Part shown: positions 10,461-18,398 of the stretch, piece after piece
Layout of the letters: each line of letters begins with the position of its first letter
Position numbering within the stretch: the stretch's first letter is position 1
NCBI GenBank assembly: GCA_964571805.1
Contig: CAZNDI010000002.1
Coordinates: 1-39,511 of the forward strand
DNA from: an uncultured Candidatus Peribacteria bacterium
Lineage (GTDB): Bacteria > Patescibacteriota > Gracilibacteria > UM-FILTER-43-11
Direction: 5' to 3'
DNA: 39,511 bases
Translations under genes and position numbers: made by a program
Notes under the pieces: generated by a model
Seen by the model: the letters and a program-made list of their open reading frames with translations, nothing else
Database searches by the model: none
Told to the model about the DNA's origin: nothing

Positions 10461-11498
10461 CTACTGATCAGCCTTTTTTCTCCCGGTATCAGCGGCATAG
10501 AATTGATAGAGAGTGCCCAAAAAAGTGATGATGAGGGGGCCATAGACGAGCCCCATGGACCCAAAGGCTCCAACCCCTCCAACGAGGGCAAAAAAGACCA
10601 TGATGGGATGAAACTTTAGCTTGTCTTCAAGGATTTTTCCTCGAATCCAGGTTTCCCTAAGGAGCATTTCGACGACTACAAAGTACACTGCCATTGATAC
10701 AGCGGCCACCCATCCGTCCGTGAAAGCCAAAAGAACGATTCCTGTCAAATAAATGAGGAGAGTGCCCACTGTGGGAATGAAGGAAAAAATGGCGGCCAGC
10801 AATCCCCATATCAAGGCCCCTTTGAAGCCGAAAATAAGGAAGCCTAAGTAGGCCACTAAGCCCGCGATTAGGGCACACAGGGTGTTTCCGTAAAAAATAG
10901 TTTTAGAAATCTCATGAAAAGAGGTGAAAAGTGTTTTTTGTTGAGCTTTTTCGTATGGCAAGACGTTTTTCAAATTCTTCAAAAGTGTATTCTGATCACG
11001 CAGGAAATAGAAATAAAGGAGTAAAAAGACGAAAAAGAGAAAAAGTGAATTTGAAATAGAAGAAAGGAGGGTGAGGCTTTTAGAAGAGGCATAACTCCCC
11101 AAACTGCTTAATGTTGAAACTAAATTTTCCTTTAAAGCGGTTAAGTCTATTTGATATCCAAAAATATTCCAGGTGGTGAGGCTGTTGAAAGCTTGATTTA
11201 GGGCCTCAAAATCAATGGTTTTGGCAAAGACGATGGCTTCTTTGGTGAGGAGGGTAAGCAGGAGGGTAAGGGGCAGGATGATGAAAAGGAGGGTCAAAAG
11301 GACGGTCAAGAAGGCTGACATTGAATCGCCTAAGCCCACTTTCTTCCTGAAGATTTGAGTGAGGGGGGCAGCCACGATGGCAAAAGCAAGGGCTAATACA
11401 AGGGCAGGAATGAAGGGTTTGAAGATGAGAAAAAACAAATAGGCAAAAAGGATGAAAACAAAAATTTTCACCATGGCGTTGAATTGAATTTTATTCAT
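10461..11498 (-). CDS. AI-2E family transporter (PerM/UPF0118)
   Basis: 345 aa, about 8 TM segments. Conserved C-terminal half (IPTVGTLLIY..., FFALVGGVGAFGSMGLVYGPLI). Confidence 0.85.
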   Translation of the reverse strand: MNKIQFNAMVKIFVFILFAYLFFLIFKPFIPALVLALAFAIVAAPLTQIFRKKVGLGDSMSAFLTVLLTLLFIILPLTLLLTLLTKEAIVFAKTIDFEALNQAFNSLTTWNIFGYQIDLTALKENLVSTLSSLGSYASSKSLTLLSSISNSLFLFFVFLLLYFYFLRDQNTLLKNLKNVLPYEKAQQKTLFTSFHEISKTIFYGNTLCALIAGLVAYLGFLIFGFKGALIWGLLAAIFSFIPTVGTLLIYLTGIVLLAFTDGWVAAVSMAVYFVVVEMLLRETWIRGKILEDKLKFHPIMVFFALVGGVGAFGSMGLVYGPLIITFLGTLYQFYAADTGRKKADQ

Positions 11499-11507
11499 GG
11501 CAATGGG

Positions 11508-11565
11508 GTTGGATGAAGAAACTCAAACCCTCGACCTGTCCGGTGTCCATCGGACCGCTCTAACC
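11508..11565 (-). pseudogene. tRNA-like 3' fragment (anticodon arm, T arm, acceptor 3' strand; no 5' half)
   Basis: Minus-strand read: GGTTAGAGCG GTCCG ATGGACAC CGGAC AGGTC GAGGG TTTGAGT TTCTT CATCCAA C. It parallels tRNA-Gly at 19986-20062 and has the identical T loop. It has an 8-nt anticodon loop and no matching 5' acceptor or D stem upstream. Confidence 0.55.
11521..11537. repeat. Left direct repeat (att-like core) ACTCAAACCCTCGACCT
   Basis: Identical 17-mer at 20002-20018. Extending leftwards gives 24/27 matches. Confidence 0.8.
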
Positions 11566-11719
11566 TATCTCTTTATATTTTCTGGAGCTCCATGTTGGCC
11601 GAAGTGCGGACTTTTTCAAGTAGTGAAAATGTCCAAGGAACTCAAGTGTTTACGCATCAAAATCTACACGTAATTGATATTTAGGGCAATGCCTAAAGTT
11701 TTTAATATTCAAATAATAA

Positions 11720-12151
11720 ATGATTTACTTAAAAGAACTAAAAATAACATATCATCGAAAACGAGTTCAGGATGACTTTATTAGCAAGCGGGCCAAAAGC
11801 CCTGAACAAATTTATAAGCTCTTTAAATGGATGAGTCATGAAACACGTGAAAAGGCTCTTTGTCTTCATCTTAATCCACAATTGGAAATTATTTCTTATG
11901 AACAGGTTGGGATGGGTGATGCCATGGGCCTTACTTTAGATATACAGGGTATTTTCCGAGGGGCTTTGCTAAGCATGGCTACTTCAATAGTCCTTATTCA
12001 TAATCATCCTCATGGATGCAGGAAGCCATCAGAAAAAGATACCGCTGCCTTTGAGCACTTAAAATTGATTGGCGAGTTGCATAAAATCAAGCTCCAAGAT
12101 TTTATAATTATTAGTGAGGAAGGTTATTTTAGCTTTGAGGAAGAAATTTAA
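11720..12151 (+). CDS. RadC-like JAB/MPN domain protein (DUF2466)
   Basis: JAMM-type motif VLIHNHPHGCRKPSEKD (HxHPxGxxxPSxxD). About 140 aa, like the stand-alone RadC C-terminal domains common on mobile elements. Confidence 0.85.
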   Translation: MIYLKELKITYHRKRVQDDFISKRAKSPEQIYKLFKWMSHETREKALCLHLNPQLEIISYEQVGMGDAMGLTLDIQGIFRGALLSMATSIVLIHNHPHGCRKPSEKDTAAFEHLKLIGELHKIKLQDFIIISEEGYFSFEEEI

Positions 12152-12166
12152 GTCACTAGAATGCTT

Positions 12167-13648
12167 TTAATAATTTTCTTCCACATAAGATTCGCAGCCT
12201 TCAATAAAGGAATCCGAATTACCTTCGCAGTCATAAGTATCTTGAATGTCATTTTCTTCTGCCCATTCATATCCGGCCTCATGGCCACTGCAATCTTCGG
12301 TGCAATCATAACTATAAAAAGTATTGTAACCACTATAGTTCTTCTTTACATACTCATTACACCCGTCTTCGGAAAATCCCGTTCCAAACTTACTTTGACA
12401 AGCATCAAAACTGCTTACGCTATTATCAGAAGCCCACTGATAGCCATCCCAAAAATTAGGGAGAGTGTTAGCGGGATTACTTGGAATGAAGTTATTTTCT
12501 TGAGGAATATAAATTGTTGTTTGATCTGAGACGAAAAGATCATTGCATCTAGCCATAAAAAAGTAGGAATTTAAGCCAAAGTCAATGTTATCCCAATCTT
12601 CTCGAATACCATATTTAAAACTTGTATCTCCTTTTTTATATTCAGTTAAATCATATTCATTACGCCTTCCTGTATCTGAATTTATCGCAGTAATAGTAAT
12701 TTTTTCACAATTGTTTGAAGTTTTTCCATTTATATAGAAAGCATTATTTTCTGACCTAACTATTTGTCCAGACTCAGGAATTGAAATGAATGATTCATCA
12801 TTAGTAGCAGGCTTTTCATTTTCAACCTCAGCTATTGGTGGAGAAATTTCCTTTTCAAGATTGCTTATTGTATTTTGATTTAGGTCATTATTTTCAGCTT
12901 CTCCAATAGATTTAGATGGGCTTTGAACAACTTTTGTGGGATCAATTTTAATTGATTTAATCATTTCATCAATAACTTTTTCATTATCTTCAAATCCCTT
13001 TAGATTTTGATTATTAATCGGTTTTCCCTTTTGAAAATAATCTATTACTTCCTGCCAAGCTTCTTCTATTTTTCCTGACTTCCAATTTTCAGGAATATTT
13101 TCGTAAGCATATGCTTCTGAGCCATCACCTCTCATTGTTGCTAAATATTCCCCCAATTTGCCAAAGTCATAATTAAAAACAACTTCATAGACTTGATCAT
13201 ATTGATCTACAAAAATTACTTGTTTGTAAAACGTAGATAAACTGCCCACTTCTTGATATAAAGCTTTATTATAAACAATGGCATTCATACCATCTACTTT
13301 GGTATATTCATTACTTATATTTCCATTTGTATTGCCACAAGTCATACTGTCGTAATCAGCTAGTTGCGGATTTTTACCGTAGTCTTTTAAATCTTCTAAT
13401 AATTTTCTATAATCTTGTATTTCTCTACCTCGATCTTCATCTAAATCGACACAGGGTTGGATAAATTCTGAAATTGGCTTAATTGTAATACTGATATCTG
13501 GATCGGGTTCATAAATAGGCATTTCATCGGCTGAAACTTTTAAATTCTGAGGATTTGAAAAACTAACTCCATTGATTGTTGTTTGTTCACTATTTGCTGA
13601 GCAACCTGCTAGTAAAATTAAAGCGACAAATGAAATAATTCTTTTCAT
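12167..13648 (-). CDS. Secreted lipoprotein with duplicated C-terminal Cys-rich module
   Basis: MKRIISFVALILLAGCS signal peptide with lipobox; the ATG at 13648 is preferred over the track start at 13696. The C-terminus carries two copies of a GY.WA..N...(D)C....F.E.GC..YV..NY module. Confidence 0.7.
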   Translation of the reverse strand: MKRIISFVALILLAGCSANSEQTTINGVSFSNPQNLKVSADEMPIYEPDPDISITIKPISEFIQPCVDLDEDRGREIQDYRKLLEDLKDYGKNPQLADYDSMTCGNTNGNISNEYTKVDGMNAIVYNKALYQEVGSLSTFYKQVIFVDQYDQVYEVVFNYDFGKLGEYLATMRGDGSEAYAYENIPENWKSGKIEEAWQEVIDYFQKGKPINNQNLKGFEDNEKVIDEMIKSIKIDPTKVVQSPSKSIGEAENNDLNQNTISNLEKEISPPIAEVENEKPATNDESFISIPESGQIVRSENNAFYINGKTSNNCEKITITAINSDTGRRNEYDLTEYKKGDTSFKYGIREDWDNIDFGLNSYFFMARCNDLFVSDQTTIYIPQENNFIPSNPANTLPNFWDGYQWASDNSVSSFDACQSKFGTGFSEDGCNEYVKKNYSGYNTFYSYDCTEDCSGHEAGYEWAEENDIQDTYDCEGNSDSFIEGCESYVEENY

Positions 13649-13874
13649 ACTAATGAGGCTAAATAACTTAAAAGAGGGTGAACCAGGTACGTCCAATCAC
13701 TTGCTCCAAAGAGTAGCCTATCGGCTGATTCACCCACCTCTAGGCGATAGAACACCTTTTGGTAAGCAAAAAACTCCTTGGAGGGAAAGTTTGTGATTTT
13801 GGACGTACATTCACATATTATTGTCTAAGACTTTTCCAGGCAAGAAGAAAATGTCAGAATAGGTTCATATTAAT

Positions 13875-14936
13875 ATGTATATGAAGATGAGCCCCATTCC
13901 ATATAGAATGTATGCGGAAAGCAATTTTGACTTTTTCCTGGTACTACTCTCACATTTTAATCTTTCTGACTTTTACTCGAAAGATTCTTTGGACTTGGAA
14001 ATTTCTTTATTTGAATTGGGTTTTAGTAATGAAAATCTTTATGGATGTGAGAATAGCTGTCTCTTAAGTCTTTTTGAAAGTGCAAAGTTAATTTCTACTG
14101 ACCAAGATACTCTAAAAGAAGTTGAGGAGCTCTCCAGACAGAAGCCCATGGAGCAGGGCGCTCTAAATAAAAGAAGGAAATTCAGTATTAATTGTAGTGA
14201 CTTTTTGAAGTATATCGAATTAATCCTTAATGACTTTAGACTAGGTAAGATCGGTCTTAAATCCTCTGTGGACCAAAGTTATTACAACTATGAGCGTCAG
14301 ATCGAGATTTTTGACTTATTTATAGAGAGTTTATTGAAAAAATTCCCGAATTCATTTAAGACAAATCTAGATGAATTTATAGAATGTCTTGCCTTCCCGT
14401 GCCCTTTTGCTTTAGATGGTAAACTGGACACAAATTTATTTCTTTTTGATGCGTTGATTGTAGATAAGATTTTCAAGAAAGAGTTGGAAGTATCTAATAT
14501 TGTACGAATTCCGAGTAAGCACAGAGTCTTGGAGCCTGACAAAATTCCTACTCACGTAAAGAAAATGACTTGGCATGTTTTAGAGGGTCTCACAAATGAT
14601 GTAATTCCTATAAAATCAAAAATTGATTGGAATAGTAATGGCAATGATGCGTTGAATCTGAGTCTATGCAATAAATACTTATTACTAAATGGAAAGGTGT
14701 ACGAATTTGCTGTGAATGCTCGTAATCCTCAGAAAATATTAAAAGGGCTCATTGAAAATAACGGTGAGTTGAATATTACAGAGTTTTCAAAACTAATTCC
14801 AAAAGCAAAGAATGTCTATAAAAAATACTATGAATCATTTATTACGAGTTTATTTAATGCTACCAATCTAAAGAAATCTGAACTCGAAACAACTTTTATG
14901 TTTGATGTGGTGAGCAAGAAGATTTACAAAAAGTAG
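13875..14936 (+). CDS. Hypothetical protein (element cargo, ORFan)
   Basis: 353-aa ORF in AT-rich DNA. No motif recognised. Confidence 0.5.
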   Translation: MYMKMSPIPYRMYAESNFDFFLVLLSHFNLSDFYSKDSLDLEISLFELGFSNENLYGCENSCLLSLFESAKLISTDQDTLKEVEELSRQKPMEQGALNKRRKFSINCSDFLKYIELILNDFRLGKIGLKSSVDQSYYNYERQIEIFDLFIESLLKKFPNSFKTNLDEFIECLAFPCPFALDGKLDTNLFLFDALIVDKIFKKELEVSNIVRIPSKHRVLEPDKIPTHVKKMTWHVLEGLTNDVIPIKSKIDWNSNGNDALNLSLCNKYLLLNGKVYEFAVNARNPQKILKGLIENNGELNITEFSKLIPKAKNVYKKYYESFITSLFNATNLKKSELETTFMFDVVSKKIYKK

Positions 14937-14948
14937 CAAAGTCTATTT

Positions 14949-14959
14949 AAAGTGACTTT
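14949..14959. promoter_or_regulatory. 11-bp palindrome AAAGTGACTTT, copy 1 (operator-like)
   Basis: The reverse complement differs only at the central base. It repeats 60 bp downstream (15009-15019) and 10/11 at 20086-20096. Confidence 0.4.
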
Positions 14960-15008
14960 GACGCCTTATTTAAGCTAAAAAATGTGTTTTAGCTAACATG
15001 ACCCCCGC

Positions 15009-15019
15009 AAAGTGACTTT
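15009..15019. promoter_or_regulatory. 11-bp palindrome AAAGTGACTTT, copy 2 (operator-like)
   Basis: Identical to 14949-14959, and both copies are followed by GA. Lies upstream of the small gene at 15161. Confidence 0.4.
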
Positions 15020-15160
15020 GATGGCTTTGATACGGGGAAATCCGATTAAAAATTGCGTGGTTTGAGAATTAAGACTTTGCTCTATTTTGCTTGAAAGAGA
15101 AATTGTTAGTGCCTAGCATCACAGCAATATGATGCCTTTTTAAGAATAAACAAAATTACT

Positions 15161-15388
15161 ATGCAAAAACTATCTGACATCTCAATTTCTGCCGCTCTCA
15201 TATCAATTGGGGCGAAATTTAAAGGCATTGAGAAAAACTCAAGCGGCCGCGCCGACTTTCTTTTTAATGAAGATGAAGATTTTATCACAGAATCCGTTGA
15301 CCTCTACTACAGAAATGAGCTCAAAGTCAGTGCCTTAGCCTTCGCAAATAATTTTAGAAATCTAAAGAACCTCATTCACCAAAACTAA
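15161..15388 (+). CDS. Small hypothetical protein (75 aa)
   Basis: ATG ORF. Its stop overlaps the next ATG (TAATG at 15386-15390), which suggests translational coupling. Confidence 0.5.
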   Translation: MQKLSDISISAALISIGAKFKGIEKNSSGRADFLFNEDEDFITESVDLYYRNELKVSALAFANNFRNLKNLIHQN

Positions 15389-15543
15389 TGCAGCTCTCAT
15401 CCGAATCAATCAAAGGTTTTCAAGAAGCCTACAAGATCGATTTTGGGATCAGTTTGAACGAATTGGAAGCTCAAGAAATGGCTCAAAACCTACTTAGTTT
15501 CTATCAATTAATCACTCCAAAAAATGAAAAGACTTGTTCTTAA
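15388..15543 (+). CDS. Small hypothetical protein (51 aa), below the ORF-track threshold
   Basis: Hand translation: MQLSSESIKGFQEAYKIDFGISLNELEAQEMAQNLLSFYQLITPKNEKTCS. The start overlaps the upstream stop. Confidence 0.3.
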   Translation: MQLSSESIKGFQEAYKIDFGISLNELEAQEMAQNLLSFYQLITPKNEKTCS

Positions 15544-15750
15544 GCCGCCATAAAAAAAGAGGTCAAAGAATTTAATCCATAACCTCTCTTAGCCAATGAG
15601 AAATATATCAAAGAATATCTCTTTGGACAATATTCCGTCCAAAGAAAAATTCAAAACCTGCCACCGTAACCGTGGCATGAATATTTATACTTTCTATGCC
15701 TATTCACAGCAAATTAGAGATAGAAAGCCCGAAGATTTAAATTAATATTT

Positions 15751-17202
15751 ATGAAAAAATTAACAACATTACTTCTTAATGATTCAAAAATCTACAAACT
15801 CCGCTTAACAGGAATTTGGGCCGAAATGTTTTACCACGTCATCTTTGTGAATGATGGAGCTACTTATGCGCCCTTTGTCCTCTTTGAAAATGGCAATAGC
15901 ATTCCTTTAAAGACAGATACAAAGGAGGGCTATACATTTTTTGATGACTTAGAAAGTAAGCACTGCATCATTGATACAGGAGAACCTTTGTGGTTTGCCG
16001 ATGGAGTCGTCAATACAGTTGGAATTGGAGGCTTAGTCTCAGTCGTAAAACAATCTAAAATTGACCCAAATGGTATCTATGAATCTGTCACTAAGATTTT
16101 GGCTGATTATTATGATTTCTATAATTCTTACGAGCTCCAAATCATTTTTGCCCATATAATTCACACTTACATCCTAGGTCTTCTTGGAAAAACATTTTAC
16201 TTGATGCTTGAGGGTGAGCGAAATACAGGTAAATCAAGTCTACAAAGTGTTATGGCCCATCTACAACATAATGGATGCTTTAGTGGCAAAGTTACTATGG
16301 CTAGCCTTATTAGGAAAATCCATTTCTTTGGAGCTTCAGTTAACATTGATGAATTGGATAAACTCCACAAAGATGAACTTAAAATGGCTACGGGCATTCT
16401 CAATAGCGGCATGTATGCCAGTGGAACTTATGAGATCGTCAATTTGGACAGCAAGAAGTCAAAAAATCAGCTCAAAATATATAAAACCTTTGGCTCCAAA
16501 ACCTTTTCTGCAAATAAATCTTTCTTCGACGATTCCCTTTTAAGCCGTTGCATTGTGATCAATACTGTTCGCAATCGAAAGCAGGTTAAAAGCATATATG
16601 AAATAACTGAGCAGGAATTAAATCATTTCCAATATCTTAGGAATCAGATGTTTGCTTATTGTTTGATGAATGGCAAGGGAATCCATGCAGATATAAAAGA
16701 AATGCAAGCCTATTTATCAGCTCAAGGCAAGTACGGAAGGCGCTCCGATATTTTTTCGATTGTGGCTGGCATCCTAAAGCACTTTGGAGCTGATTACAAA
16801 CCAGTTCTTGAATATCTTGATGATCGGGAAAGCTTTGATGAAGAAGCTTCTTTTGACAATCGTTTTTATCTAACTTTAGGTTTCCTAGTTGAAAAAATGG
16901 AATCAGAGCTAAAGCAAAAACTAGTATTTAGCAATGAAGACCTGAGAAGTTATCTCATTGACCAATTAGATATGGAAACCCAATCTCAATATAGTCCGAC
17001 TCCAAGAAGTGTCGGTAGCCTTTTAAAAAAGCACCGTATTATCGAGAACAAGAATGAACGTCAAAGAATTACCAGTGGCATTGATAAGGGAAAGTACCAA
17101 TATTTTCTTGATACTGTAAAAATTCTTGAGCTTATTGATCGAACCGAATTTGATGATTTAAAAGAAAGAATTGGAAAGTTTGATTTTAATGTACTGAAAT
17201 AA
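15751..17202 (+). CDS. P-loop NTPase, replication/helicase-like (SF3- or DUF3631-like)
   Basis: Walker A GERNTGKS, Walker B-like VNIDELD about 45 aa later, then ILNSG...G and SRCIVIN, as in plasmid/phage primase-associated ATPases. The family assignment is tentative. Confidence 0.6.
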   Translation: MKKLTTLLLNDSKIYKLRLTGIWAEMFYHVIFVNDGATYAPFVLFENGNSIPLKTDTKEGYTFFDDLESKHCIIDTGEPLWFADGVVNTVGIGGLVSVVKQSKIDPNGIYESVTKILADYYDFYNSYELQIIFAHIIHTYILGLLGKTFYLMLEGERNTGKSSLQSVMAHLQHNGCFSGKVTMASLIRKIHFFGASVNIDELDKLHKDELKMATGILNSGMYASGTYEIVNLDSKKSKNQLKIYKTFGSKTFSANKSFFDDSLLSRCIVINTVRNRKQVKSIYEITEQELNHFQYLRNQMFAYCLMNGKGIHADIKEMQAYLSAQGKYGRRSDIFSIVAGILKHFGADYKPVLEYLDDRESFDEEASFDNRFYLTLGFLVEKMESELKQKLVFSNEDLRSYLIDQLDMETQSQYSPTPRSVGSLLKKHRIIENKNERQRITSGIDKGKYQYFLDTVKILELIDRTEFDDLKERIGKFDFNVLK

Positions 17203-17213
17203 CGTTAACTTGC

Positions 17214-17268
17214 TTCACTCCTTCACTTAATCTTTTCCCTTATTAAAAACAATCAGTGAATGAGTGAA
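17214..17268. promoter_or_regulatory. Inverted repeat built from four TTCACT hexamers
   Basis: TTCACTCCTTCACT (17214-17227) and AGTGAATGAGTGAA (17255-17268) are complementary at 13/14 positions, with a 27-nt spacer. Lies between the P-loop gene stop and the next start. Confidence 0.45.
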
Positions 17269-17296
17269 CATTGATTTAAAAATTAACTATATTACT

Positions 17297-17947
17297 ATGA
17301 ACAATAAATTGATCAAAAAACCATCAAAATCATTAGAAAAACCCCCTGAAATCAAGGCCATTGAAGATTTTAAAAAAATGATCATCGAATCTATTCGCTT
17401 TGAAGAATGTGACCCAAAGCATATTTTTAAGGAGGCATTTGATTTATTCAATCAGCAAGAACATGCCAAAACCAAGAAGGAAAAAAAGAAAATACGAAAA
17501 GAGCTTGAAGGCAAGGCAGGCAAGCTTTCTAAAGTTTTAGGTCTAGATACGAAACATCAATTAACCGAAGCTGTGCGAGATGATTACATCGCCTTTGCCA
17601 TTGAAATGTGCCAATCATTGGAAAAAGAATACGATATTAAAACTTCTTCCGAAAAGGCTCTCGTACAAGCAACCGTGCTTGCCTATTGTCAGATGCAAGA
17701 ATGCAGCCGATTATTCTTGTCACGGCTGTCTCCAGAGTACCTCTCACATGAAAAAGCACATTACCTTGGCATTACCACCAAAGGAATCGATAATGCTTAT
17801 AGGCGCTTTCTACAGGGCATTCAAATGCTAAAGCAAATAAAGACACCTCCTTTAAAAGTGAATATAAAGACTGAGAATGCTTTTTTAGCTCAGAATCAAC
17901 AAATTAATAACCCAATCCCTAATCATGAAATCAATACCCCCCAATGA
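17297..17947 (+). CDS. Hypothetical protein (element)
   Basis: The ATG at 17297 (MNNKLIKK...) is preferred over the GTG at 17264. Lys-rich N-terminus. Overlaps the next gene by 23 nt. Confidence 0.5.
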   Translation: MNNKLIKKPSKSLEKPPEIKAIEDFKKMIIESIRFEECDPKHIFKEAFDLFNQQEHAKTKKEKKKIRKELEGKAGKLSKVLGLDTKHQLTEAVRDDYIAFAIEMCQSLEKEYDIKTSSEKALVQATVLAYCQMQECSRLFLSRLSPEYLSHEKAHYLGITTKGIDNAYRRFLQGIQMLKQIKTPPLKVNIKTENAFLAQNQQINNPIPNHEINTPQ

Positions 17948-18254
17948 TTTAGGAAAATTTTTGGTAGAACAATGCCAACATATTGATGTGAATGATTTTG
18001 TACATAAAGCAAAACAGAAGCTCAAAAATGAGTTCGTTTATACTAGTTTGAAAATTGATGGTTATGAAGTTGATTTAGCGACTTCCGACTTATCAAATGG
18101 CGGGTCTAGAATTTGGTTTATTTGCTCTCTATGTAGGCGAAAAGTTGGAAAGCTTTATAAGCATCCGCAAAATCAAACTATTGCCTGTCGAATATGCCTC
18201 AAGCTTGAATACCGTTCAAGGAGGTATAAAGGAATGATTGAAAATGTGGTATAG
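17925..18254 (+). CDS. Zinc-ribbon protein (CxxC...CxxC)
   Basis: WFICSLCRRKVGKLYKHPQNQTIACRICLKLEY has two CxxC pairs forming a 4-Cys ribbon. Translationally coupled to the upstream ORF. Confidence 0.55.
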   Translation: MKSIPPNDLGKFLVEQCQHIDVNDFVHKAKQKLKNEFVYTSLKIDGYEVDLATSDLSNGGSRIWFICSLCRRKVGKLYKHPQNQTIACRICLKLEYRSRRYKGMIENVV

Positions 18255-18270
18255 GAGTGTATAATCTTGG

Positions 18271-18367
18271 TGCAGTTCCACATTATCAATTCAGCCAAAG
18301 CTCTATTTTGTTGTCCCTAAGGGGCGACTCATCCAACAAAAGTGCTTTGGCATTGATGTGGACTGCA
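18271..18367. promoter_or_regulatory. Nested imperfect palindrome upstream of the recombinase gene
   Basis: Outer arms are TGCAGTTCCACATTATCAATTCAGCCAAAGC (18271-18301) and GCTTTGGCATTGATGTGGACTGCA (18344-18367). Inner arms are TTTTGTTG (18306-18313) and CAACAAAA (18334-18341). A TATAAT sits at 18260-18265 just upstream. Confidence 0.5.
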
Positions 18368-18398
18368 ATGAGTCGTCCCTTTAAGTAACTAAAATTTA

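Noticed and set aside
11508-11620. A complete second tRNA gene at the left element boundary
   Set aside because: No sequence complementary to the acceptor 3' strand and no GCTC/GAGC D stem at proper spacing could be found upstream. The only GCTC would require a 24-nt D loop. It is treated as a fragment.
12161-12529. 122-aa plus-strand ORF overlapping the 3' end of the lipoprotein gene
   Set aside because: It is a hydrophobic, low-complexity translation of the antisense strand of a gene with a clear signal peptide and repeated modules. It is most likely an artefact of AT-rich sequence.
13687-13807. 10-bp inverted repeat GTACGTCCAA / TTGGACGTAC spanning the divergent intergenic region in the element
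   Set aside because: This is a single 10-bp match with about 100 nt of poorly pairing sequence between the arms. It may simply be chance, or two operator half-sites. It is not strong enough to call an ncRNA or a regulatory site.
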